NCBI GenBank assembly: GCA_965223295.1
Contig: CBDCWC010000003.1
Span: 640,001 to 704,000 of the forward strand
Reading direction: 5' to 3'
Source: Nitrospirales bacterium
GTDB lineage: Bacteria; Nitrospirota; Nitrospiria; Nitrospirales; UBA8639
Length of the DNA stretch: 64,000 nt
Positions 10,712 to 20,911 of the stretch are shown one piece after another; positions within the stretch are counted from its first letter, which is position 1; the number at the start of each line of letters is the position of its first letter. The translations under genes were made by a program, and so were the position numbers. Below the pieces are notes generated by a model that saw nothing but the letters and a program-made list of their open reading frames with translations, had not been told where the DNA came from and searched no databases.

Positions 10712-12022
10712 TTAATCTCCACCTTCCATACGAATCAATGTCGTGGGTTCAGCAATGATTGGAAGAGCATTAATATCCTGAAGCGCTGATTGCATCCCTT
10801 GTTCACTAGACCGATGCGTGAGAATGACCAAGGGAACCGTCTGTCCTCGTTTTCTCCCTTTTTGGAGAACCGAGGAAATACTGATACCCCGCTCTCCCAA
10901 AATTCCTGAAATGGTCGAGAGCACACATGGTTCGTCTTTAACCATACACCGTAAATAATATTGGCTCTGAATATCAGCCATTGGTTTTATTGGCAATGCC
11001 TTCCGGCTATCCCATTGGAACGAGGCCGCAGGTACACGGGACTGGACTCCCACAATGCGGTTCCTTGCCACATCAATGATGTCCCCTACGACAGCACTCG
11101 CAGTCGGAAGAGAACCAGCCCCTTGTCCATACAACACAATATCGCCAACGGCATCACCCACCACATGGATAGCATTATAGACCCCGCTCACCTGCGCCAT
11201 CGGTGATTCGGTGGGTATCAACGTGGGATGCACTCTAGCCTCAATAACATTTTCCTGGAATTTCGCGATACCCAATAACTTTATGGTCAAGCCCAATTCT
11301 TGGGCAAACGTCATATCCACCGTAGAAATCTTGGAAATTCCCTCCGTATAGACCGCATCCATGGGAATTGGCGTACCATAAGCGAGATTCACCATGATCA
11401 CTAATTTATGGGCGGCATCAATGCCCTCAATATCCAACGAAGGGTCGGCTTCTGCATAGCCTTCCCGGGTCGCTTCTTGCAGAATGTCTTTGAAGTCCCG
11501 GCCCTCCTGCGTCATCCGCGTCAAAATATAATTGGACGTGCCATTCATGATGCCCATGATTGAGTCCACACGGTTACCTGCTAAACCCTCAGTAAGAGAA
11601 CGAATGACTGGAATGCCTCCGCCCACACTCGCTTCAAATCCAAGATCGGCTTTCGCCTGACAGGCCGCTTGAAATACTTCTTCTCCATGGTCAGCCAGCA
11701 ACGCCTTATTGGCTGTGACGACACCTTTGTGATTTGAGAGAGCCTGTAGGATAAAGCGTTTAGCCGGCTCGTGCCCGCCAATCAATTCCACCACAATGTC
11801 AATGTCAGGATTATCCAGAATGTCTTTCACATTCGTCGTCAACTTCTCAGAAGAAACCGCAACCCCACGATCTGTCGTGATATCCAAGTCTGCGATTTTC
11901 GCAAGGACGACCGGGCGGCCAACACGTCTTGCAATGATGTCTACATTATTTTGCAGAATCTTGACGACACCTGTCCCCACAGTGCCAAACCCGATTAGCC
12001 CCACATTAACTACCTGGTCCAT
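10712..12022 (-). CDS. hom: Homoserine dehydrogenase
   Basis: GFGTVG, VVTANKAL, FEASVGGGIP and GYAEADP motifs; C-terminal ACT domain. Confidence 0.95.
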   Translation of the reverse strand: MDQVVNVGLIGFGTVGTGVVKILQNNVDIIARRVGRPVVLAKIADLDITTDRGVAVSSEKLTTNVKDILDNPDIDIVVELIGGHEPAKRFILQALSNHKGVVTANKALLADHGEEVFQAACQAKADLGFEASVGGGIPVIRSLTEGLAGNRVDSIMGIMNGTSNYILTRMTQEGRDFKDILQEATREGYAEADPSLDIEGIDAAHKLVIMVNLAYGTPIPMDAVYTEGISKISTVDMTFAQELGLTIKLLGIAKFQENVIEARVHPTLIPTESPMAQVSGVYNAIHVVGDAVGDIVLYGQGAGSLPTASAVVGDIIDVARNRIVGVQSRVPAASFQWDSRKALPIKPMADIQSQYYLRCMVKDEPCVLSTISGILGERGISISSVLQKGRKRGQTVPLVILTHRSSEQGMQSALQDINALPIIAEPTTLIRMEGGD

Positions 12023-13254
12023 TACGAAACGTTCTCCAACCTTAATGCTTGCCGAATACCACGTACAGCTTGAAAGATTCGGTGTTCATTCTCCACAAGA
12101 GCAAAACGCACATAGTCATTGCCACCTTCACCAAACCCAATGCCTGGCGAGACAGCGACTTTGGCTTCCCGCAACAACAATTTAGAAAATTCAAGGGAAC
12201 CCATCCCCAAATATGGTTGAGGAATCTTGGCCCACGCAAACATGGTGGCACGGGGATAATCAATAGGCCACCCAATCCGGTTAAGGCCGCGAACGAGGGC
12301 ATTCCGCCGTCGTTCGTATCGGCTCACAATATCCTGCACACAATCTTGGGGACCATTTAATGCAATAATGCTGGCAATTTGAATCGGTTGAAACATGCCA
12401 TAGTCTAAGTAGCTTTTTACCCGGGTCAAGGCCCCGATAAGATCGGGATTCCCCACACAAAACCCGACACGCCAACCCGGCATATTATAACTTTTGGATA
12501 GCGAATAAAATTCTACACCAATTTTTTTGGCTTCAGGAATTTGTAGCAAACTGGGTGCGCGATATCCATCATAAACTAAATCAGCGTACGCCAAATCATG
12601 GATGACCCATACTTGATGTTCTAAGGCAAACTCAACGACTTTTTTGAAAAACTCTAGGTCCACAACTTGAGTCGTGGGATTATGGGGAAAGCTGATAATT
12701 AAGGCTCGTGGAGCCGGCTGAGTTTGTTTAAAGGCTCGTGTTAAATTCTCAAAAAAATCAGTGTTAGGGCCCAATTCCACACCACGCACTTCCCCACCTG
12801 CAATAATCACACAATACATATGAATGGGATAGGTTGGCGTTGGCGCTAAGACCACATCCCCGGGACCGACGATAGCCAGAGCTAAATGCGCCAATCCTTC
12901 CTTTACGCCTAGTGTGACGATTGCTTCGGTTTCCGGGTCCAAACTGACATCATAGTGCCGCTGATACCAACCACAAATCGCATGTCGTAATTTCGTAATG
13001 CCCCGGGAAGCCGAATAGCGATGATTTCGCCCATTCTGCGCCGCCTCGGTCAGCTTATCCACGATGTGCTGCGGCGTGGGTTGATCGGGGTTACCCATAC
13101 CTAAGTCAATAATGTCTTCCCCCTGCTTTCGAGCCTGGAGTTTGAGGTCCTGGACCTGAGAAAAGACGTATCCCGGGAGTCGTTGAATGCGGTAAAAAGG
13201 GTCCATTGTCAATGAAAGTATAGAGAAACTTCCCTCAGCCATGAGGGAGCTCAT
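12022..13254 (-). CDS. Class I/II PLP aminotransferase (AlaC-like)
   Basis: [22 protein letters not shown] and [15 protein letters not shown] motifs; true start may be 13206. Confidence 0.88.
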   Translation of the reverse strand: MSSLMAEGSFSILSLTMDPFYRIQRLPGYVFSQVQDLKLQARKQGEDIIDLGMGNPDQPTPQHIVDKLTEAAQNGRNHRYSASRGITKLRHAICGWYQRHYDVSLDPETEAIVTLGVKEGLAHLALAIVGPGDVVLAPTPTYPIHMYCVIIAGGEVRGVELGPNTDFFENLTRAFKQTQPAPRALIISFPHNPTTQVVDLEFFKKVVEFALEHQVWVIHDLAYADLVYDGYRAPSLLQIPEAKKIGVEFYSLSKSYNMPGWRVGFCVGNPDLIGALTRVKSYLDYGMFQPIQIASIIALNGPQDCVQDIVSRYERRRNALVRGLNRIGWPIDYPRATMFAWAKIPQPYLGMGSLEFSKLLLREAKVAVSPGIGFGEGGNDYVRFALVENEHRIFQAVRGIRQALRLENVS

Positions 13255-13288
13255 GAATAGAGAATTTTACAAAGTAGAAAGAAATTTT

Positions 13289-13317
13289 ATTCTAGATGAG
13301 GGAATGAAAGCAGTCAA
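13289..13317 (-). promoter_or_regulatory. Putative sigma70 promoter of the aminotransferase-hom-thrC operon
   Basis: TTGACT-N17-TAGAAT. Confidence 0.55.
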
Positions 13318-13455
13318 TTTTGGGACACCTCATTGTTAAAGAAAAAGGCCATCACCTCTTTCATTATAGTAACATTTTCCTTTCCATAGATACCTTTTGT
13401 CATTTATTGCCCCACATTTTCACGTTTGCGATAATAGGCGCCTATTCTTCATTCA

Positions 13456-13646
13456 GGGGCTGTTGAATAATGATGAGATCAACGGCCAAATTTCGTCTCT
13501 GCGACGTCACATGTCAGAGGCCTCGGGGCTGTTCAAAAAAGTTCGTCCAGCAAGGCCACAGCCATCTTTTCACGCGGAGCGTACTGGCACTACGTGAGCA
13601 CGGGAAAAAGGCGAGAACGCCGCTGGCGGCTTTTTTCAACAGACCC
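13456..13646 (+). repeat. MITE family A, copy 2
   Basis: GGGGCTGTTGAATAA...TTTTTTCAACAGACCC with perfect 5-bp target duplication ATTCA (13451-13455 and 13647-13651). Confidence 0.9.
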
Positions 13647-13663
13647 ATTCAGGAAGGGATTAC

Positions 13664-14383
13664 ATGAATATGGCACGCCTTGGCGTGAATGTAGATCATG
13701 TTGCCACACTCCGCCAGACTCGAGGAGGCTCTGAACCCGATCCAGTCATGGCTGCTTCCCTGGTCCAGTTAGCCGGAGCCGAAGGGGTCGTTGTCCACCT
13801 CAGGGAAGACCGGCGCCATATCCAAGATCGCGATCTGACCATCTTACGGGAGACAGTCCATACCCAACTCAACTTAGAAATGGCGGCAGAAGATTCAGTG
13901 GCCAAAATTGCCCTCTCTATTAAACCTGACATGGCCACCTTAGTCCCGGAACGACGACAAGAACTAACAACGGAAGGCGGGCTGGACGTCGTCGCGCATC
14001 GAGATCGTATTCAATCCATGATCAATCTGCTCAAAGAAGGCGGGATTCCAGTCAGTCTGTTTATCGACCCAGATGTCCAACAAGTACGCGCAGCCCATAA
14101 GGTCCAAGCTGATTATGTCGAACTGCATACCGGTCGATATGCCAATACCCGGCGTCAACATGAAACTGACAGTGAATATGATGCCCTAGTCCAAGCCGCC
14201 AAACTCGCCGCAAAATTGGGGCTTCGTGTCAGTGCGGGGCATGGCTTGAACTATCACAATACTCAACGATTAACTAAAATTTCTGAAATCGAAGAATTCA
14301 ATATTGGCCACAGCATTGTGGCCAGGGCCGTGTTTGTTGGGCTTGAACGCGCAGTCCTAGAAATGAAAGCCCTTCTCACATAA
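13664..14383 (+). CDS. pdxJ: Pyridoxine 5'-phosphate synthase
   Basis: LGVNVDHVATLRQ, HLREDRRHIQ, ELHTG and AGHGL motifs. Confidence 0.96.
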   Translation: MNMARLGVNVDHVATLRQTRGGSEPDPVMAASLVQLAGAEGVVVHLREDRRHIQDRDLTILRETVHTQLNLEMAAEDSVAKIALSIKPDMATLVPERRQELTTEGGLDVVAHRDRIQSMINLLKEGGIPVSLFIDPDVQQVRAAHKVQADYVELHTGRYANTRRQHETDSEYDALVQAAKLAAKLGLRVSAGHGLNYHNTQRLTKISEIEEFNIGHSIVARAVFVGLERAVLEMKALLT

Positions 14384-14423
14384 ATCTCATCAAATCCGGC
14401 ACTCCCACCGGAAAGTCCTCATC

Positions 14424-15992
14424 ATGTGGCTGGTCACTCCAGAACAGATGCAATTGCTTGATCGTCGAACCATTCAAGAGGCCAAGGTTCCAGGAACCAC
14501 CTTAATGGAAAGAGCTGGTACTGGAATCGTCACCCATCTTCAGAAACACTACGGCTCTCTCAAAGGGAAAAACGTCGTCGTCATTTGCGGGAAAGGGAAT
14601 AATGGGGGTGACGGATTAGTTGTCGCCCGGCTCTTACAACACAAAGGAGCCCACCTCACAGTCATCTTGCTCACGCCTTATCAAGAGTTGAGCAAAGATG
14701 CCAAAACGATGTTTCGCCGATTTAAAAAGATGGCCAAGCCATCACAAATCCTTCTGCTTCCCACACAGAAAAAGCTTGAATCTGTCGTCAACAATGCTCA
14801 TCTCATTGTTGATGCTCTACTTGGCACAGGGCTTTCATCATCTATACGCGAACCGTATGCTTCAACGATTCACGCGATGAATGCATCCTCTGCCTATGCT
14901 GTGGCTGTGGACATTCCCTCGGGACTCGATGGTCATACCGGAGCAATCTTGGGAACCGCTCTCCAGGCAGATCTGACCGTGACATTCGGCTGTCCCAAAC
15001 TCGGTCTCTACGTAGGAGAGGCCATTGATCAAGTTGGACATATCGAAGTGGTGGATATCGGCATTCCACCTGAGTATGTCCAAGAATTGAAACCTCAACA
15101 TCATCTCCTCACACAAGAGGTCATCAACTCCCTCATTCCTCACCGGCGGCAATCTTCCCATAAGGGTACATTTGGCCATGCTGGAATTATCGCAGGATCT
15201 CCTGGGAAAGCTGGTGCGGCAGCCTTAGCAGCCCTTGGCGCACTCCGAACAGGAACCGGCCTGGTGACTGTAGCGACACCTCGGTCCGTCACATCTATTG
15301 TGGAAACAAAAGTTCTTGAAGTGATGACTCTGGCCTTGCCGGAAACACCGGAACATATGTTGGGGACGGAGGCGGGACCTGCTCTCTTACGTTTTTGCCA
15401 GGACAAATCGGCTCTTGCCTTTGGACCAGGGCTAGGCATTTCTCCTGCCATCACAAAATTATTATCTCAACTGCTTCCACAATTTGAAGTACCTTGTGTG
15501 TTGGATGCCGATGCTCTGAACAATGTCGTGGCCCTCCCCGATATCTTTTCAAAGATGAAACAGGCTCCTGTGCTCACCCCTCATCCAGGGGAAATGGCCA
15601 GACTGTTGGGAAACACAAACTCAAAGACGATTAATCAAGATCGGATTGGTGTAGCCAGCGCATTTGCCACCCAGCATCAAGTCATCCTTGTCTTAAAGGG
15701 CGCCAACACCGTCATTGCTCACCCGCAAGGCGAAATTGCTATTTGCCCAACCGGCAATCCGGGAATGGCATCGGCCGGTATGGGAGACGTACTAACCGGG
15801 ATGATCGCCGGATTGTTAGCACAAGGATTGACTGCCTGGGATTCAGCCCGAGTAGGAGTCTATCTCCATGGGCTCGCTGGTGATCTGGCCTCGTTATCTA
15901 TGGGAGAGCCGGGATTGATTGCCAGTGACCTGATCGCCCAAATACCTCATGCCCTAACCCAAACCCTATCTTGTCACATGTGGGAGTGTTGA
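14424..15992 (+). CDS. nnr: Bifunctional NAD(P)HX epimerase/dehydratase
   Basis: CGKGNNGGDG, VDIPSG, SHKGTFG, LTPHPGEMARL and AGMGDVLTG motifs. Confidence 0.93.
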   Translation: MWLVTPEQMQLLDRRTIQEAKVPGTTLMERAGTGIVTHLQKHYGSLKGKNVVVICGKGNNGGDGLVVARLLQHKGAHLTVILLTPYQELSKDAKTMFRRFKKMAKPSQILLLPTQKKLESVVNNAHLIVDALLGTGLSSSIREPYASTIHAMNASSAYAVAVDIPSGLDGHTGAILGTALQADLTVTFGCPKLGLYVGEAIDQVGHIEVVDIGIPPEYVQELKPQHHLLTQEVINSLIPHRRQSSHKGTFGHAGIIAGSPGKAGAAALAALGALRTGTGLVTVATPRSVTSIVETKVLEVMTLALPETPEHMLGTEAGPALLRFCQDKSALAFGPGLGISPAITKLLSQLLPQFEVPCVLDADALNNVVALPDIFSKMKQAPVLTPHPGEMARLLGNTNSKTINQDRIGVASAFATQHQVILVLKGANTVIAHPQGEIAICPTGNPGMASAGMGDVLTGMIAGLLAQGLTAWDSARVGVYLHGLAGDLASLSMGEPGLIASDLIAQIPHALTQTLSCHMWEC

Positions 15993-16171
15993 ATAATGAA
16001 GATGGCAAGAGCCATATTGCGCCAGGAAGCTGTTTGCTATCAGCAGCATCGGGTCTGTTCAAAAAAGTCGTCCAGCAAGGCCACAGCCATTTTTGCGCGC
16101 GGAGCGTACTGCCAGTACGTGAGCACGGAAAAATGGCGAGAACGCCGCTGGCGGCTTTTTTCAACAGACCC
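15982..16171 (+). repeat. MITE family A, copy 3 (overlaps the nnr stop)
   Basis: GGGAGTGTTGAATAA...TTTTTTCAACAGACCC with perfect 5-bp target duplication CATGT (15977-15981 and 16172-16176). Confidence 0.9.
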
Positions 16172-16197
16172 CATGTAGAAAAAGAGGACAGAGCACC

Positions 16198-16734
16198 TTG
16201 AATACCCCACCTGATTTCTCTCCATCACCCAACGGCCATTCACTGACATTCGATTTAGATTCAGTGGAGAAAACCCTCGCGCTCGGGGAACGCGTAAGCC
16301 GTCTCCTTAATGGAGGGGACGTGGTGGCTTTAACCGGCGACTTAGGAGCTGGCAAAACCCTTATGACTAAGGGCATTGCAAAGGGGTTGGGGATTCCGGA
16401 AGAGCACGTGAATAGCCCGACATTTACACTGATTCAAACCTATGACAGCACGATTCCCGTCATTCACGTAGATTTATATCGTCTAGAAGACATGACTGCT
16501 ATTGTACAGTTAGGTTTAGATGAGTATTTCACTCCACAAAATATCGTGATTATTGAATGGGCGGACCGACTCCATCAGGCTCTGCCCCCTGATAGCTTGG
16601 CCATACATCTAGAACACGGTGAAACAGAAACGAGTCGTAAAGTGACTTTTCAAGGAATAGGCCCAAGAAGCAACCATCTTGTGACAGCCCTTGGCCGCCA
16701 AAACCTTCAATATCACCTCGCCTTAGACGCCTAA
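16198..16734 (+). CDS. tsaE: tRNA t6A biosynthesis ATPase
   Basis: GDLGAGKT, VNSPTFTL, HVDLYRL and IIEWAD motifs. Confidence 0.95.
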   Translation: MNTPPDFSPSPNGHSLTFDLDSVEKTLALGERVSRLLNGGDVVALTGDLGAGKTLMTKGIAKGLGIPEEHVNSPTFTLIQTYDSTIPVIHVDLYRLEDMTAIVQLGLDEYFTPQNIVIIEWADRLHQALPPDSLAIHLEHGETETSRKVTFQGIGPRSNHLVTALGRQNLQYHLALDA

Positions 16735-16742
16735 GATTTTCG

Positions 16743-19412
16743 ATGAAATCTCCTACTCTCAAAGATCAAGAACTTTCTCCTCTCATGCGCCAGTATCAGA
16801 CCGTCAAGGCGCAACATCCTGAAGCCATCTTGTTTTTTCGAGTTGGGGATTTTTATGAAATGTTCTTCGAAGACGCCGAAGAAGCCTCAGGAATCTTAGG
16901 TATCGTACTGACTGCTCGAGGAAAAGCCAAAGGAACCTCTATCCCGCTTTGTGGTGTGCCTCATCACACATCCACCGGATATATTGCCAAACTTCTCAAA
17001 GCAGGGAAAATCGTGGCACTGTGCGAGCAAGTTGAAGATCCCAAAATGGCAAAAGGACTCGTTCGACGTGAGGTTGTCCGTGTCTATACTCCAGGAACAT
17101 TATATGATGATGAACTCCTTCCAGCTCGGGAAGCCAACTATATCTCCTCTATTTTCTACCTCTCAGACAAATCTGTAGAACAACCTTTAAAAGAATCACA
17201 TGCCGGGTTAGCGACATTGGATGTTTCGACAGGAGAGTTTTGGATTTCCGAAACGCCGAGGGATAGTTCCCTTCAGGTTCTTGTTGATGAATTGATTCGT
17301 ATCGACCCGAAAGAAGTTATTTTTCCCAATTCACTCTATGATGAACTTTCGGAGCGTCTCCATACATTGGCGATTACTCGGCTCGTGCCTCGTGATCTTA
17401 CAGACTTTGAGTTGGAGCTCAGCAAGACAAGGCTCTCCACGACGTTTCAGGTCACAGAAATCCAGAGCCTTGAACTTTCCGGTCTAACCGTTGGGATACA
17501 AGCTTGCGGAGGGTTGTTACAGTATCTGACCGACACTCAACCAACCTTGGCCCATTCTCATCTGCGCCGCCCTTGGGTTCGTCTGCTTGAACAAGAAATG
17601 CAATTGGACCAGTCCACACTTCGAAACTTAGAAATTTTGAAACCCGTCTCTGAACAGCGACAGAGTCCTACCTTATTCAGCACATTGGATCAGACCCAAA
17701 CTCCAATGGGGGCTCGGTTACTGCGTCAATGGGTAATCCGTCCTCTGACCCAGCTCTCCATGATTCAGTACCGCCAAGATGCCGTCAAAGAATTTGTTGA
17801 ACACATCAGCCTGCGAATGTCGATTCGAGCCTATCTCAAATCTATAAAAGACTTAGAACGCTTGAATAGCCGGATTGCTCTGGCTGTCGCTAACCCCCGA
17901 GACCTCATGAGTCTCTATCATTCCTTAGAAAGCCTGCCGATCATCCACACATTCTTAGCCACATTTCAAGCTGATCTGCTTACGGCTATGTGTCGCTCAT
18001 GGGATTCTCTCCAAGATGTCTCTTCTTGGATTTCCGACTCGATTGTGGAAAACCCACCTCTCTCAGCCAAAGAGGGAGGAATCATTCGAGAAAAGGTGAA
18101 TGACGAACTTGACGAAATTCGCGTCCTATCCAAAGAAGGCACCCGGTTATTAGCCGAAATGGAAGCCAGAGAGCGGACCAGAACGGGGATTGACTCTCTC
18201 AAGGTCAAATTCAATCAGGTGTTTGGCTATTACATTGAGGTCACCAAAGCCAACACATCCCGCGTGCCTGCGGACTATGAACGGAAGCAGACTCTTGTCA
18301 ATGCGGAACGTTTTACCACAAAAGAACTGCGTGATCTTGAAGGTCAGCTTTCCACGGCTGATCAGAAAATGAAACATCTGGAGTTTGATTTATTTGTTGA
18401 CCTTCGCCATCGCATCGCTTCTGCAGCCGCTCGACTTCAAGCCATGGCCCATCATTTAGCCATACTCGATGTCTGCACGAGTCTCGCGGAAGCTGCAACA
18501 CTCAACCGCTACAGTCAACCAACAGTGTATGAAGGCGGCACGATTCAAATAACAGAAGGGCGGCATCCCGTCATTGAACATCTCCAAATTGGCGAGGGGT
18601 TTATTGCCAATGACGCGACTCTCGATCTAGACACCAACCGTCTTCTATTAATCACCGGCCCCAATATGGCAGGAAAAAGCACTTACCTCCGGCAAGTGGC
18701 ACTTATTGTCCTGATGGCACAAATGGGGAGTTTTGTACCAGCCGAGTCAGCAAGGATTGGTTTGGTCGATCGAATTTTTACCCGTGTTGGTGCTGCGGAT
18801 GATCTGAGTGCGGGGCAAAGCACCTTTATGATGGAAATGAGTGAAACGGCCAAGATTTTACAATCCGCCACTTCACGAAGCCTCTTATTGTTGGATGAGG
18901 TGGGAAGAGGGACCAGCACTTATGACGGGCTGAGCATCGCCTGGGCGTTAGTAGAATATATTCTTGATCGAGGCAACCTTGGAGCCAGAACCCTCTTTGC
19001 CACTCATTACCACGAAATGACTCAATTGGAATCTCAAAGAGAAGGGATCAAAAATTACACCGTACAGGTACAAGAAAAAGGACAGGATGTCTTATTTTTA
19101 AGAAAAATTATACTTGGGAAAGCCGATCGAAGTTATGGTATTCAAGTGGCTAAACTGGCTGGAATTCCAGGGCCTGTACTCCACCGTGCCAAGAACATTC
19201 TTGAGCAACTTGAACAAGACCAAGCTTCGCCAAATCTTTCAGATATTGAACCGGATGACAAGCACCCTTTGCAAACAGATCTTCTTTCTCCACACCCTCA
19301 TATAATTTTAGAAGAAGTCAAACAGATGGACTTATTTTCCATGACACCCCTTGAAGCCCTCAATCACCTGGCCGACTTTAAGGCTCGCCTCGAGAATGAT
19401 AGAAATGCATAA
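16743..19412 (+). CDS. mutS: DNA mismatch repair protein MutS
   Basis: FFRVGDFYEMF, TGPNMAGKSTYLRQ, STFMMEM, DEVGRGTS and ATHYHE motifs. Confidence 0.97.
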   Translation: MKSPTLKDQELSPLMRQYQTVKAQHPEAILFFRVGDFYEMFFEDAEEASGILGIVLTARGKAKGTSIPLCGVPHHTSTGYIAKLLKAGKIVALCEQVEDPKMAKGLVRREVVRVYTPGTLYDDELLPAREANYISSIFYLSDKSVEQPLKESHAGLATLDVSTGEFWISETPRDSSLQVLVDELIRIDPKEVIFPNSLYDELSERLHTLAITRLVPRDLTDFELELSKTRLSTTFQVTEIQSLELSGLTVGIQACGGLLQYLTDTQPTLAHSHLRRPWVRLLEQEMQLDQSTLRNLEILKPVSEQRQSPTLFSTLDQTQTPMGARLLRQWVIRPLTQLSMIQYRQDAVKEFVEHISLRMSIRAYLKSIKDLERLNSRIALAVANPRDLMSLYHSLESLPIIHTFLATFQADLLTAMCRSWDSLQDVSSWISDSIVENPPLSAKEGGIIREKVNDELDEIRVLSKEGTRLLAEMEARERTRTGIDSLKVKFNQVFGYYIEVTKANTSRVPADYERKQTLVNAERFTTKELRDLEGQLSTADQKMKHLEFDLFVDLRHRIASAAARLQAMAHHLAILDVCTSLAEAATLNRYSQPTVYEGGTIQITEGRHPVIEHLQIGEGFIANDATLDLDTNRLLLITGPNMAGKSTYLRQVALIVLMAQMGSFVPAESARIGLVDRIFTRVGAADDLSAGQSTFMMEMSETAKILQSATSRSLLLLDEVGRGTSTYDGLSIAWALVEYILDRGNLGARTLFATHYHEMTQLESQREGIKNYTVQVQEKGQDVLFLRKIILGKADRSYGIQVAKLAGIPGPVLHRAKNILEQLEQDQASPNLSDIEPDDKHPLQTDLLSPHPHIILEEVKQMDLFSMTPLEALNHLADFKARLENDRNA

Positions 19413-19443
19413 AAAGAAAGGCCTACGTATAAGCGTAGGCCTT
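19411..19443 (-). terminator. Intrinsic terminator between convergent mutS and the secreted-protein pair
   Basis: 10-bp perfect stem AAGGCCTACG/CGTAGGCCTT with 6-nt loop; U-rich tail on the minus strand. Confidence 0.8.
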
Positions 19444-19477
19444 CCCTTGGAACTCAATGATCTAGATATCTAGAATA

Positions 19478-20107
19478 TTACTTTTCTGGATCCCAGACAC
19501 CCTCTCCTTGATCGGAATATGGAATGACACCGGCAACAGCTGGTCCGCCGGGAATCATCACATCATACGTCATCTTTCGATTTTGTGGCCAACTCCCTTC
19601 GGCAATTGCTTTAGCTACAGGAGTCGTTCTCAAGCTGTGAATGCTTCGAGGTTTATCTGGCGTTCCGGCAATCTCATCAACACTCTTCGCAGAAAGAATG
19701 ACTCTCTTATTCTGTTCTTTTTCTTGAACCACAATTTCTACTACCCCGTAGTTTGATGGCTTTGTCCCTGTCATGACAGCTTGGCTATGAGAATCTTTTC
19801 CTGCTGCTTTTAATACATCCATGACTTTGTCATCTGCAGGATAGAACTTGATACTTTTACCAGGAAAATACTTTTGCCAATAGTATCCGCTTTCGGCATT
19901 GCCGCCAAATACGGCGACATTGATCCACACCGCTTTATCATACGGATCAACCACTGCAACTCGGCCACGAAGCGTCGTCGGCTTGCTGAGATCGCCCCAC
20001 TCAAACCGTTCTTGGAATGCCTCGATTGCCATTGCACTGGAGGCCATTGTGCCTACGAGCGCCATGGCTCCAACAAGGGCCCATCCTTTCATCTTAGCAC
20101 CTTTCAT
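19478..20107 (-). CDS. Secreted hypothetical protein B
   Basis: Sec signal peptide ending AMA; GAGGAGG RBS. Confidence 0.85.
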   Translation of the reverse strand: MKGAKMKGWALVGAMALVGTMASSAMAIEAFQERFEWGDLSKPTTLRGRVAVVDPYDKAVWINVAVFGGNAESGYYWQKYFPGKSIKFYPADDKVMDVLKAAGKDSHSQAVMTGTKPSNYGVVEIVVQEKEQNKRVILSAKSVDEIAGTPDKPRSIHSLRTTPVAKAIAEGSWPQNRKMTYDVMIPGGPAVAGVIPYSDQGEGVWDPEK

Positions 20108-20170
20108 AATGGCTTCCCTCCTCGACTTTTAAAGTTGTATGTCATTTTTATGAATGAGTAAAACTTTTCT

Positions 20171-20710
20171 TTAGTTGTCCAATACTTTAAAGCCTGTCAC
20201 GGTATGACCGCTCACTTGGACTTCCATGGCGACAAAGTCTTGAGCAGCTTTGGTGATCTGGTCCATGAGGGCTTTGTCTTTGACAGCTAGTCTGACAGTA
20301 GTTTGTGGAGTATACCATCCGGAGTACGGGTTGTTCTTTTCCGTACCACCTTGATACCCCCAACCACAACAGGAAACGAGAGGATCCGGCAATGTTTGAA
20401 TACGATCATCAGAGGCCCGGCCAGGAGGGTCACCGACTTCAGCGGGTTCAGAGGTATTCCAATACTGAATACCAAACATGATTTCGCCTTCAGGATTGTC
20501 TGCCCAATGTCCAAAGACTCTGCCTTTAAAACTTGTGGCAGGTACGCCTTTGTAGGAAATTTCACCTTGGCTGGTGGGCTGGTCTCCCTTGGCTTTTGGA
20601 TTTCCAGCAGCGGGGCCTTTTTGAGCGTAAACTGCTCCGGCCATGCCCATGCTCAGCAGTCCAAACGCACAGAGAGCTACCATCGCCCGTCGTAGAGATG
20701 ACTTGTTCAT
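20171..20710 (-). CDS. Secreted hypothetical protein A
   Basis: Start MNKSSLRR after AGGAGG RBS; signal peptide ending VYA; vicinal Cys-Cys. Confidence 0.85.
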   Translation of the reverse strand: MNKSSLRRAMVALCAFGLLSMGMAGAVYAQKGPAAGNPKAKGDQPTSQGEISYKGVPATSFKGRVFGHWADNPEGEIMFGIQYWNTSEPAEVGDPPGRASDDRIQTLPDPLVSCCGWGYQGGTEKNNPYSGWYTPQTTVRLAVKDKALMDQITKAAQDFVAMEVQVSGHTVTGFKVLDN

Positions 20711-20856
20711 CTGCTCCCTCCTTACAGTGTTAGAATGACAAAAATGAAAAAACAACTTGTTGACTTTTCTATTTTCTCTCTACTTCTCAACTATTATTTT
20801 TAAAAAACTTGCTTATTAATTTCTCGTGATAACAACTCTTGGTCAGAGGAGGGACA

Positions 20857-20885
20857 ATGCTACTGATCCAAGGCATCGTTGTCAA
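20857..20885 (-). promoter_or_regulatory. Near-consensus sigma70 promoter of the secreted pair
   Basis: TTGACA-N17-TAGCAT. Confidence 0.7.
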
Positions 20886-20911
20886 GCAATTTACGGCCTA
20901 CTTTTTTAGGC

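Noticed and set aside
16090-16130. Kink-turn-like tandem GA pairs in the MITE core
   Set aside because: The flanking canonical stem is only about 2 bp and not consistent among copies
13397-16249. Short ORFs with mutually similar peptides (13470-13667, 15971-16201, 15996-16178; also 3750-3932 and 24288-24494)
   Set aside because: They are translations of MITE copies, not a peptide family
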